This document shows, in pieces, positions 18,918 through 28,955 of a stretch of 64,000 bases of DNA. The notes under the pieces are model-generated. The model was not told the DNA's origin. It saw nothing but the letters and a program-made list of their open reading frames with translations, and ran no database searches. Each line of letters begins with the position of its first letter. Positions within the stretch are counted from its first letter, which is position 1. The stretch is from a bacterium (lineage in GTDB: Bacteria > Desulfobacterota > DSWW01), in the NCBI GenBank assembly GCA_040756235.1, contig JBFLZG010000008.1, forward strand, positions 1 to 64,000, written 5' to 3'. Made by a program: the position numbers and the translations under genes.

Positions 18918-20282
18918 TCACATGGAAAAACATGCCGACCCGGAAGAATTGTCCCGGATCGGGGGGCCGTACTCCTTGAGCTTGTTGCGCAAGGTCCGGA
19001 CGCTGATGCCCAGGCGCCTAGCCGTCTGCGTGCGGTTGCCGCCGGCCTCCTTCAGCGTCTTGAGGATCAGGTCCTTCTCCATGGCGCGCAGCCCATGGGC
19101 CGGCTGCGACAGAGCATCCGGCCGCTCTCTGGCGGCCAGCCGGTCCCCCAGCAGGAGGTCTTCGACCCCCAACTGCAGGGCGCGACAGAGCACCACGGCC
19201 CGCTCGATGACGTTGCGCAGCTCCCGGACGTTGCCGCGCCACGGCCTCTCCTGGAGCGCCTTCATGGCGCCGGCCGAGACCGCCTTCGGAGGCATTCCCA
19301 GACGCTGCGTCACCTCGCGGCTGAAGTGATCGACCAGGAGGGGGATGTCCTGCAGGCGTTCGCGCAGGGCCGGCAGGTGGAAGTGAATGACGTTCAGCCG
19401 GTAGTACAGGTCTTCCCGGAAGCGGCCGTCGGCGACCTCGCGCGCGAGATCGCGGTTGGTGGTCGCAAGGACCCGGAAGTCGACCGCAACCGGTTTCTCG
19501 CCACCGACCCTCTCCACCTCCTTTTCCTGAACGACGCGCAGGAGCTTTGCCTGCAGCGGGACGCGCATCTCCCCGATCTCGTCCAGCAGCAGGGTGCTGC
19601 GATCGGCCAGCTCGAACTTGCCGGTGCGCCGGTGGTCGGCGCCCGTGAAGGCGCCCTTTTCGTGCCCGAACAGCTCGCTCTCCAGGAGGGTCTCGGGAAT
19701 CGAAGCGCAGTTCACGGTCACCAGCGGATGCGCGCGGCGCGGACTGTGCGCATGGATGTACCTCGCCAGCAGCTCCTTCCCCGTGCCGCTCTCGCCGGTG
19801 ATCACGACGTTCACGTCGCTCGCCGCGACCCCTCGCGCCGTCTCCAGGATCTCGAGCATTCTTCCGTCCCCGGTGATCAAGCCCCCGTTTGCGCCGGCCT
19901 TCTCCTTGCCGGAGCAGGAGCCTCCATCGACCGCACGGATCTTGTCGATCAGCTCCTCCATCGTGAACGGCTTCAGCAGGTAATCCGACGCGCCCTCCTT
20001 GACCGCCTGCACCGCCTGCTCGACCGTGCCGAATGCGGTCATCAGCAGAAAGGAAAGCCAGGGAGCCCGCCTCCTTCCCTCGCGCAGCAGGTGGAGACCG
20101 TCCATCTCGGGCATGCGCACGTCGGTGATCACGAGCCGTATCCCGCCCCTGTCGATCCGCTCCAGGGCCTCCCTTCCGCTCGCCACCCCGAGCGCTTCGT
20201 AACCTTTCCGGTTGAGCACCTCCAGAATGGCTTCCCGCATCGCCGGTTCGTCATCGACAATCAGGATCGGCCGCGCATGCAT
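18918..20282 (-). CDS. Sigma54-dependent response regulator (REC-AAA+-Fis), FlgR/FlrC/FleR-like
   Basis: ILIVDD, DVRMP, GESGTGKE, ESELFGHEKGAFTGA, LLLDEIGE, FREDLYYRL, GNVRELRN, Fis HTH. Upstream of flgB. Confidence 0.94.
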   Translation of the reverse strand: MHARPILIVDDEPAMREAILEVLNRKGYEALGVASGREALERIDRGGIRLVITDVRMPEMDGLHLLREGRRRAPWLSFLLMTAFGTVEQAVQAVKEGASDYLLKPFTMEELIDKIRAVDGGSCSGKEKAGANGGLITGDGRMLEILETARGVAASDVNVVITGESGTGKELLARYIHAHSPRRAHPLVTVNCASIPETLLESELFGHEKGAFTGADHRRTGKFELADRSTLLLDEIGEMRVPLQAKLLRVVQEKEVERVGGEKPVAVDFRVLATTNRDLAREVADGRFREDLYYRLNVIHFHLPALRERLQDIPLLVDHFSREVTQRLGMPPKAVSAGAMKALQERPWRGNVRELRNVIERAVVLCRALQLGVEDLLLGDRLAARERPDALSQPAHGLRAMEKDLILKTLKEAGGNRTQTARRLGISVRTLRNKLKEYGPPIRDNSSGSACFSM

Positions 20283-20308
20283 GATGGTTCGTCTCCTTCT
20301 CCCTCCCA

Positions 20309-20501
20309 AAAGGCTGTCGATAAACGGCCATCTGCGGCGTTGCGCTCATCGGGCGTGGAGGTCCCGGGGCAGCCTGCCCCGGCGAAAGCCGGGGTCACTG
20401 CGGCGCACTGCCTGTACGCCTCGTTCCTCAGGATTTTGCGCGCCTTGCATCGGGCCATTTCTCACCAGCCTCTCAGGAGGGTGTCTTTGCGACACCCTCT
20501 C
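20309..20501. mobile_element. MITE-like element copy 1 (AGGCTG...CAGCCT ends) plus flanking hairpin
   Basis: aggctgtcgataaacggccatctgcggcgttgcgctc...gcgcgccttgcatcgggccatttctcaccagcct. Related copies at 26136 and 42762. Confidence 0.75.
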
Positions 20502-21713
20502 AACGGGGAGCGACAAGATGAAGCAGGTTCCCTCTCCGAGCCGACTTTCGACCTCGATGATCCCTCCGTGACTCTCCACGATGTTGTGGACGATCGCCAG
20601 GCCGAGCCCGGTCCCCCGCGTCTTGGTCGAGAAGAAGGGATCGAAGATGCGGTCCAGGTCCTCCTCCGGAATGCCGGTGCCGTCGTCCTGCACACGGATG
20701 CGGACGCACGGGCGGCCCGGACCGAGGCGCGGCGGCACCGGCTCGCCTTCGACCCTCACCTGCAGCCGGCCGCCGGGCCGCATGGCCTCCAGGGCGTTCA
20801 GGAAGAGGTTGAGGAGCGCCTGCCGCAAAAGGACCCGGTCGCCCCAGAGGACGATGTTCTCCGCCTGCGCGGGCGGCGAGCGGCCCCACGCCAGTTCCGC
20901 CCCGATCTGCTTTTCTTCGAGCAGGGGGCGCGCAAAATCGAGCGCTTCTTCGATCAGCGCCTGCAAGTCGGTCCGTTCCCGGCGCAGGTGGGTGCCCTTG
21001 GCGAAATGAAGCAGATTGGAGAGCGTCTGACTCATCGTACGGACGCCGGTCGCCAGCCGGCGGCCGATCTTGTGGAGCTCGTCTCCTTCCTTCAGCCCCT
21101 CGAGCAGGACGGCGGCGCTCAGCTCCATGCTCCCCAGCGGATTGCGAATCTCGTGGGCGATGCGTGCAGCCATGTCCCCCATGGAGCTGAGCCTGCGCTG
21201 CCGGTCGGCCAGGCTCTTCCAGCGGATCACGTCGGAGATGTCTTCCAGCATGACCACCCAGCCCGATCCGTTTCCGACGGGCTGGTTCAAGCGCGAGACC
21301 GAGCACCGAAAGGTGGCCCTCCCGCGCTTGATCTCGAGCGAGGACCTTTCCCGCAGCGGGACGTCCGCAAGGAGCGGGACCTCGGAACAGCGGGACTGCT
21401 CGAGCTCGCCGCAGGTCAGGCCGGTCATCTCTTCGGCCCTGCGGTTCGCCAGGCGCACCCGGCCGCTCGCGTCCGTGACGGCGATCCCGACCGGCAGGTG
21501 CTGGAGGATCCCCTCCAGAAACTCTTCGAGCCTTTCCTTTTCGTGCAGGGAAGCCGCCAGCTTCGCGTTCTTGTCGCGCAGCTCCCGCTTGAGCTCCTCG
21601 GTCTGGTCCTCGAGGTGCCGATAAGCGCTCTCCAGCTTGCCGGAGGCGGAAGTGAAGAGATCAAAAGCCTTCTTGAGCTCCAAGACCTCGATGCGGTCAT
21701 CTGTCTCGAGCAT
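20346..21713 (-). CDS. PAS sensor histidine kinase, FlgS/FlrB/FleS-like
   Basis: N-terminal AFDLFTSASGKLESAYRHL coiled coil, PAS, AHEIRNPLG, NLFLNALEAM, DDGTG, FDPFFSTK, GTGLGL. Paired with the sigma54 regulator. Confidence 0.93.
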   Translation of the reverse strand: MLETDDRIEVLELKKAFDLFTSASGKLESAYRHLEDQTEELKRELRDKNAKLAASLHEKERLEEFLEGILQHLPVGIAVTDASGRVRLANRRAEEMTGLTCGELEQSRCSEVPLLADVPLRERSSLEIKRGRATFRCSVSRLNQPVGNGSGWVVMLEDISDVIRWKSLADRQRRLSSMGDMAARIAHEIRNPLGSMELSAAVLLEGLKEGDELHKIGRRLATGVRTMSQTLSNLLHFAKGTHLRRERTDLQALIEEALDFARPLLEEKQIGAELAWGRSPPAQAENIVLWGDRVLLRQALLNLFLNALEAMRPGGRLQVRVEGEPVPPRLGPGRPCVRIRVQDDGTGIPEEDLDRIFDPFFSTKTRGTGLGLAIVHNIVESHGGIIEVESRLGEGTCFILSLPVERVSQRHPPERLVRNGPMQGAQNPEERGVQAVRRSDPGFRRGRLPRDLHAR

Positions 21714-23694
21714 GTCCGCCCCGATGCAGTTGAATCAGGTCGTGGGCCGCCACGATCTCTCTGAGGAAGACGCTGTCTTCGCCGCGCTCAAGCTGCGCGA
21801 GGCGCTGGCGGGCCTCCTCGATGTTTCCCGCTCGCAGCAGGCAGAGCACCTCTGCCGGTTCGGGGCCCGCTGCGTTGGGGCCACCGGCTGGAGTCTCCGC
21901 TGCGCGCGCCTCCCGGAAATATTTCAACGCCTCTTCCAGCCGCCCCTGCTCGTACAGGAGCAGCGCCACCTGCCGCAGAGCCCGGTTTCGTTCGGCCGCG
22001 GGAATCGCCTCTCCCTTCAATCCGGCCAGCAAGTCCTCCGTTCCCCTCGCGGTCATCCCCAGAGACGCTTCCACGTCCCCCAGCCCGAGCAGCAAGAAGG
22101 CGTCTGCATCGTCGCGGGGGGCAGCGAGCCCCTCCGGCGGGACGCGGCCGGGATCGAGACCGAACAGCACGCAGCTCTCCAGCAGCCTTCCCCCGCTTTC
22201 GTAAAGCGCACGGTCGGCCGTGCGGAGCTTGTCCAGGAACGCCCGGGCCTCGTCGTAGCGTTCGCTCTCCCAGGCAAACCTGGCCGCCAGGAGAAGATCT
22301 TCCGGGCCGGCGGCAACCTGCGCGTAGATATCGAGCGCGGGCTGCGGCAGGCGCTGCTCCTGGCAGGCCCGCACCAGAAGGAGCTGCGTCTGGCGCGAGA
22401 GGGCCCGGCAGGCGTCCTTCCACTGGCCGGCCAGGAACAAGATCTCCCGGTATTCTCCCTTCCCGGCAAGATCCTGGACGCCCTGCTCGAGGGCTTGCCG
22501 GATCTCCGCCTCGACGTGGCGGCGCCATGCGTCCCGCAGGGCGAGCGCGCCGCAGCGGCCGGCCACCCGGAGCGATTCCGCCCAATCGCCCCCGCGCCGC
22601 TTCACCGTCATCAGGTAGCCGTAGGCCGCTCCTTTCCAGTAGTCATCGTCCGTTGCGGCCAGCAGTCTCTCCAGAGCGCCCAGGGCGCTCGCGGCGTCGT
22701 CCTGCCGCAGGTGGAGCTCGGCCATCGCCAGGAACCCCATGGGATCGCCTGCCTGCATCAGGCGCTCGTACCCGGAGGCGGCATCGGCACACCGGCCCAG
22801 CTCGAGGGAGCTGTCGGCACCCCCCAGGATTCCGAAGCTCCGCACCGCCGCCCAGCCGGAGACCGCGGCGACCTGGAAGACACTGCCCGCCTCTTTCGCC
22901 CGGTTCGAGACGAGCAGGCTGTACCCGGCAAAGGGCTCCACGCTGCCACACCGGCTCCAATCCGTCCCGTGCCGGAGGAACAGCTCTGCGGAGCGGCCGT
23001 AGTCACGCTCCAGGCCGGCCAGAATCGCTTCCAGCAGTCCGCTGGGCAGCTCCTCGTCGCCGTCTGCTACGGGTGGCAGGCGCCGGAACAGCGCCCTGGC
23101 TTCCTCCGTTCTGCCGGCCGCGAGGCGAACCTCGAGCTTTCCCATGGCGATGCGAGCCGGCAGAGGCGAGGAAGTCTCGACCAGCCGCTCCGCGAATTCG
23201 AGCTCGGCCAGCGCCTCGGGCAGCAGCCCGGACGCGAGGTAGCGCTCTGCGCGCGCACACACCTCTTGCCAGGATTTCTCGGAACCGGTCACGGAAGGCG
23301 CCCACGAAGCCTCCGGCGTGCGGCCTCCCTCCTTGTCTTGCTCCGGGTACGGCATCTCGACCGGGATCGCACGGCTTTCATCGCCCGCCTGCGCCGCCCC
23401 CTGCCCGGCCCCGGCGACATTTCTGAAGAGGTACGGCGTGAGCCGTCCTTCCAGGTACTCGCGGCGCCACAGCCCGGGAAGCGGGTCCAACCACGTTATC
23501 GTCTCCAGCTTGCAGGTCTCCGGTGCCGGGACCGCAAGCCCGGTTCGGCTCTCCGGAGGCTCGGGAGCTACTGCCCGAGCCGGAACCAGAGCGAGCATCA
23601 ACAGGGCGAGAAGGCCGAGCGACCGGGAACCGCCCTTCTCCCCGGGCGTGCGCACCCGCTCCTTCGATCGCCCCTGCGGCGGGCCCTTCAGCAT
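21697..23694 (-). CDS. Exported tetratricopeptide-repeat (TPR-like) protein at the head of the flagellar regulatory unit
   Basis: Signal-like LGLLALLMLALVPARA and repeated helical A/L/G/Y patterns (LLYEQGRLEEALKYF). Overlaps the kinase start. Start uncertain. Confidence 0.75.
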   Translation of the reverse strand: MLKGPPQGRSKERVRTPGEKGGSRSLGLLALLMLALVPARAVAPEPPESRTGLAVPAPETCKLETITWLDPLPGLWRREYLEGRLTPYLFRNVAGAGQGAAQAGDESRAIPVEMPYPEQDKEGGRTPEASWAPSVTGSEKSWQEVCARAERYLASGLLPEALAELEFAERLVETSSPLPARIAMGKLEVRLAAGRTEEARALFRRLPPVADGDEELPSGLLEAILAGLERDYGRSAELFLRHGTDWSRCGSVEPFAGYSLLVSNRAKEAGSVFQVAAVSGWAAVRSFGILGGADSSLELGRCADAASGYERLMQAGDPMGFLAMAELHLRQDDAASALGALERLLAATDDDYWKGAAYGYLMTVKRRGGDWAESLRVAGRCGALALRDAWRRHVEAEIRQALEQGVQDLAGKGEYREILFLAGQWKDACRALSRQTQLLLVRACQEQRLPQPALDIYAQVAAGPEDLLLAARFAWESERYDEARAFLDKLRTADRALYESGGRLLESCVLFGLDPGRVPPEGLAAPRDDADAFLLLGLGDVEASLGMTARGTEDLLAGLKGEAIPAAERNRALRQVALLLYEQGRLEEALKYFREARAAETPAGGPNAAGPEPAEVLCLLRAGNIEEARQRLAQLERGEDSVFLREIVAAHDLIQLHRGGHARDR

Positions 23695-23760
23695 GCTCCG
23701 TCTCCGGTTTTCGCCGTCCCGTGGTCGCGCATGGGACGGGCAGGATCCACCCAAGAATCG

Positions 23761-23836
23761 AGAGACACATCGTCGTGGGGCCCCGAGCGATGCATAGGGG
23801 AATTCCTGATTTTTGGCTTCTCAAGTCCTGATTCTG
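23761..23836 (-). promoter_or_regulatory. Conserved upstream element, copy B (shared with 2451..2526)
   Basis: Minus strand CAGAATCAGGACTTGAGAAGCCAAAAATCAGGAATTCCCCTATG...CGATGTG, collinear with the fliL upstream copy. Confidence 0.55.
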
Positions 23837-23924
23837 CGGGCGGGGTCTTCGATACAGGCTGGCGTCGCACGACCGTTTCAGGGATGCAGGGACTGCATTC
23901 CGGCCGAGGAGCCGGTGTCCATTC

Positions 23925-24105
23925 CGTCATCCCGGCCCGGTTGCGGAGCGCGTGGGAGCCGGGATCCAGAACTCTGCCCCATGGACTGGGGGTATGATCA
24001 CGCGGATCAGGGACTGGACCCCGGCCTTCGCCGGGGTGACGGAAAAGAGAACCGCTTGCGCGGGAATGACGGCCGCACTGGATTCCGGCCTTCGCCGGGG
24101 TGACG
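23925..24105. repeat. Cluster of CGTC-type palindromic REP-like repeats
   Basis: cgtcatcccggcccggttgcggagcgcgtgggagccgggatccag, two ctgga..ccggccttcgccggggtgacg units, and cgcttgcgcgggaatgacg. Confidence 0.85.
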
Positions 24106-24123
24106 GAAATCGAAAGGACTCTT

Positions 24124-24777
24124 TCACGGGTCCAGGAAGGTCAGCTTTTCACGCAGCGCGTACCGCACCAGCTCGGCCAGGCTGGTGGCCTTGAGCTTGC
24201 GCATGATCTGCATCCTGTGGGTCTCCACCGTCTTGGCGCTCACGTGCAGGGTGGAGGCCACCTGCTTGGTGGACTTCCCTTCGGCCAGGAGCTGCAGCAC
24301 TTCGCGCTCGCGATCGCTCAGGAGGGAGAAGGCCGACGACTTCGATTCCGACAACCGCCGGACATAATCCTTGGTCACGACGTCGGCGATCTCCGCAGAC
24401 AGATAGACCTGGTTGCCGATGACCGTGCGGATGGCCCGTGCGAGCTCGTCGAAGGCGCAGCTCTTCTGCACGTAACCGGAAGCGCCCGCCAGGAGCATCT
24501 CCGCCACGACGCTCCTGTCCGAGTGGACCGACAGGGCCAGGACCTTGATATCCGGTTTGATCTTGCGGATCTGGCGGGTGGTCTCGATGCCGTTGAGCCC
24601 TCCCATGGCCACGTCCACGACGGCCACGTCCGGAGAGAGCTTCGACGCCAGCTCGATCGCCGTTCGGCCGTCCGCGGCCTCGCCGACGAGGACCAGGTTC
24701 GGCTCCGCCTCGATCAGACTCCGGAGGCCGTCCCGCAAGATGCCATGATCGTCAGCCACCAGGATCCGGATGTTCAT
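24124..24777 (-). CDS. NarL/FixJ-family response regulator (REC + LuxR HTH)
   Basis: ILVADDHGILRDGL, VVDVAM, GASGYVQK, LSDREREVLQLLAEGKSTKQVA...KTVETHR. Confidence 0.95.
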   Translation of the reverse strand: MNIRILVADDHGILRDGLRSLIEAEPNLVLVGEAADGRTAIELASKLSPDVAVVDVAMGGLNGIETTRQIRKIKPDIKVLALSVHSDRSVVAEMLLAGASGYVQKSCAFDELARAIRTVIGNQVYLSAEIADVVTKDYVRRLSESKSSAFSLLSDREREVLQLLAEGKSTKQVASTLHVSAKTVETHRMQIMRKLKATSLAELVRYALREKLTFLDP

Positions 24778-24896
24778 GGCCGCGCCTTTCAAACGATGAA
24801 GAATGAGACAATTCGGGCGGTGGTTTGGTCTTTTTACAGGATGTGCTTGAGGAAGTCCAGAACAAATTTATTGCAAGTACTCTGCCTCCGCGCCGC

Positions 24897-24923
24897 TAAA
24901 GATTTTCGCAGCAGCGCCGAAAA
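24897..24923 (+). promoter_or_regulatory. Sigma28 (FliA)-type promoter for cheY-cheZ
   Basis: TAAA-N15-GCCGAAAA. Confidence 0.8.
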
Positions 24924-25000
24924 CCTCTTCTGGATCCCGCGCGCCCGCGCGGGACCTCCGCCTCCACAGCCTGAGGGAGCACGACAGGGAGGAGCTTCGC

Positions 25001-25396
25001 ATGCCGGACCGCAACATGAAGATCCTCGTTGTGGACGACTTCTCCACCATGCGACGGATCGTGAAGAACGTTCTCAAGCAACTGGGCTACAACAACATCG
25101 AAGAGGCCGAGAACGGCGAGCAGGCTTACAACCTCATGCAGGCCGGGGCTTTCGAGTTCGTCGTCTCCGACTGGAACATGCCGGTCATGGACGGCCTGCA
25201 GCTGCTGACCAAGGTACGGGCCCATCCGGGCCTCAAGGACATGCCTTTTCTGATGGTCACGGCCGAGTCCGAAAAGGAAAAAGTGATCGCCGCCGTCAAG
25301 GCGGGCGTCAACAACTACATCGTCAAACCCTTCACTTCCGAGACCATGCGCGAGAAGATGGACAAAATCTTCCAGAAGTTGGAAGCAAGGAGCTGA
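25001..25396 (+). CDS. cheY: Chemotaxis response regulator CheY
   Basis: [36 protein letters not shown] (enteric-type CheY). GGAGGAG RBS. Confidence 0.96.
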   Translation: MPDRNMKILVVDDFSTMRRIVKNVLKQLGYNNIEEAENGEQAYNLMQAGAFEFVVSDWNMPVMDGLQLLTKVRAHPGLKDMPFLMVTAESEKEKVIAAVKAGVNNYIVKPFTSETMREKMDKIFQKLEARS

Positions 25397-25399
25397 GAC

Positions 25400-26044
25400 A
25401 TGGCCAGGATGGGGCCCCTGCATGACATCGCCGATTCGGTCGAAGCCATGGCCAACGGAGACTTCAGCCACTCCGTGTCCCTCGATCTCAAGGGGGAGCT
25501 GGGGAGACTCGCCTTTCACCTGGACAAGATCCGCAAGAACCTGCAGATCCTGGAGCCCGGCATGAAGGAGAGCACGGAGAAAGTCCCCTTCGTGCAGGAC
25601 GGGATCCAGAGCATCACCCGCACCAGCGAGGAAGGCACGCACCAGGTCATGTCTCTCACGGAAGATATGCTCGCAGACTGCGACCTGGTGGACGAAGATC
25701 TCGGGTCGTTCCGGGATCAGCCGCCCGGGTCCCTGCCGCCGCCCCTCCGGCGCATCCAGGAGATCAACGAACGCAATCGCTCGCGGCTCATCGAGCTCAT
25801 CACTTCACTCTCCTTCCAGGACCTCACGGGGCAGCAGCTCAAGAAGCTCTCCGGAGTCATCGTGGAGATCGAGTCCAGGATCCTTCAGCTGCTCGTCGCC
25901 TTCGGCATCGCCGTCCAGGAGTCCGGCTCCATGGAGTCCGGGCGGGCCGGCAACATCCGGGAGAAGATGGAAGCGCAGATCGACAGTCTGAAGAAGGGAG
26001 ACCTCAGCCAGGACTTGATCGACGACATCCTCGACCAGCTGTAG
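25400..26044 (+). CDS. cheZ: CheZ-family phosphatase with N-terminal HAMP-like segment
   Basis: Catalytic DxxxQ motif in SFQDLTGQ and C-terminal CheY-binding helix SQDLIDDILDQL. Follows cheY. Confidence 0.88.
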   Translation: MARMGPLHDIADSVEAMANGDFSHSVSLDLKGELGRLAFHLDKIRKNLQILEPGMKESTEKVPFVQDGIQSITRTSEEGTHQVMSLTEDMLADCDLVDEDLGSFRDQPPGSLPPPLRRIQEINERNRSRLIELITSLSFQDLTGQQLKKLSGVIVEIESRILQLLVAFGIAVQESGSMESGRAGNIREKMEAQIDSLKKGDLSQDLIDDILDQL

Positions 26045-26135
26045 CAGGCTGGTGAAGCACGCCCATCTGCGGAGCCTGTCGCGAGCGAAGCGCAGCGACG
26101 CTTCGGCAAGACAAGCCTGCCCAACTCCCCCCTTT

Positions 26136-26321
26136 AGAGGGTGTCGAAAAACACCCTCTGAAGAGGCTGTTGAGAAATGGCCAGATGCAAGGCGCGCGAG
26201 ATCCCGAGGAATGAGGCGTAGCTGGGAGTCACAGGGGACCCCGGCCTGCGCCGGGGCAGGCTCCCCCGCCTCCACGCCGCACGAGCGCAACGCCGCAGAT
26301 GGCCGTTTATCGACAGCCTCT
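26136..26321. mobile_element. MITE-like element copy 2 (inverted relative to copy 1) with the same flanking hairpin
   Basis: agagggtgtcgaaaaacaccctct then agaggctgttgagaaatggcc...ggccgtttatcgacagcctct, abutting the cheB TAA. Confidence 0.75.
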
Positions 26322-27886
<1,565 letters not shown>

Positions 27887-28288
27887 ACTCGCCTCCCAGT
27901 ATTTCCTTGAGCACGCCTCGGATACTCTCCGGCTGAAAGGGCTTTTTCACGTGCGCCCGGACCCCGAGGTGAAAGGCTTCTTCGATCGCCTCCTGACAGG
28001 CTTCGGTCGTGACCAGAACGACCGGGATCTTCCGGTAGACCGCGTCCTGCTGCAGAAGTTTGAGCAGCGTCAGCCCGTCCATGACCGGCATGTGGACGTC
28101 CAGCAGAATCAGGTCGATCCAACTTGCGGCCAGCACGCGCAGCGCCTCCGCGCCGTCGGAGGCTTCCAGATACGCGCTCACCTCGTACCCGGACAGGACG
28201 ACCGCCTTGCGCAGGATCGTCCGCATGGTGGCCGAGTCGTCCACGATCAGAATCTGCAGACCCATGGCTTGGAACCTTTCGATCCCTC

Positions 28289-28783
28289 TCAAAGGCCGCC
28301 GGAGAAGATCCGGATGTTCTCCCTTCCGTACTTCACCCACGCGCGACCGGTCGCCAGGTCCAGGAAGAGCGAGCGGCTCACCGAGCCGCCCACGTCCTCG
28401 GCATCGATCAGCACGTTGTTCTTCCAGAAGATGTTTCTCAGCGCCGCGTAATTGCGCTTGCCGATGTTGAAATGCCCGGACTCGTCCAGGATCTGCGCGC
28501 CCCCGGCAACGAGGATGCGGGCCCGGTTCTTCTTCAGGCCGAGCGTGTACGCCGTCTTGAACAGCAGAGGGATGCCGGTGTCGGCGAACATGGCCGGGCT
28601 CTTGCAGGCCTTTCCCGCGTCGATCGAGGAATCCGGAAGCATGTAGTGCAGCAGCCCGCCGACCCGCACCACCGGATCGTAGATGGCGAGGCCGATGCAG
28701 CTCCCGAGGGAGAAGGTGACCAGCATCGACTCCGGCTCCGCAACCGCCCGCAGCTCCGCGACCCCCACGATGTGTTGCGCCAT
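28289..28783 (-). CDS. cheD: Chemoreceptor glutamine deamidase CheD
   Basis: TFSLGSCIG, GGLLHYMLP, FADTG, AGGA, IGKRN, EDVGG. Confidence 0.95.
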   Translation of the reverse strand: MAQHIVGVAELRAVAEPESMLVTFSLGSCIGLAIYDPVVRVGGLLHYMLPDSSIDAGKACKSPAMFADTGIPLLFKTAYTLGLKKNRARILVAGGAQILDESGHFNIGKRNYAALRNIFWKNNVLIDAEDVGGSVSRSLFLDLATGRAWVKYGRENIRIFSGGL

Positions 28784-28811
28784 CCTTCTTCCCGTCCCAT
28801 CCAGAGGCTGT

Positions 28812-28940
28812 GCCAGGTTGCAGGTGTCGGCTGTTCGGTGTCAGGCGTCAGTCCCCTCAGCCCCGCCCAGGGATACGCTCATCGCGTCCTCGCGGGTGGA
28901 GACGGGATCGGGCACTGAAACCTGGATACCTGAAACCTCT
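28812..28940. repeat. Inverted arrays of degenerate 7-bp units between cheA and cheD
   Basis: gccaggt-tgcaggt-gtcggct-gttcggt-gtcaggc faces ctgaaac-ctggatac-ctgaaac. Similar arrangement at 42648..42760. Confidence 0.6.
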
Positions 28941-28955
28941 TCTTGCCGGCTCTCT

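Noticed and set aside
12309..23997. Long plus-strand ORFs (853, 786, 994 and 786 aa) across the flagellar cluster
   Set aside because: All are antisense to well-supported flagellar genes and explained by codon bias.
26052..26321. ORFs starting in the cheZ-cheB gap
   Set aside because: They are translations of the MITE-like element or antisense to cheB.
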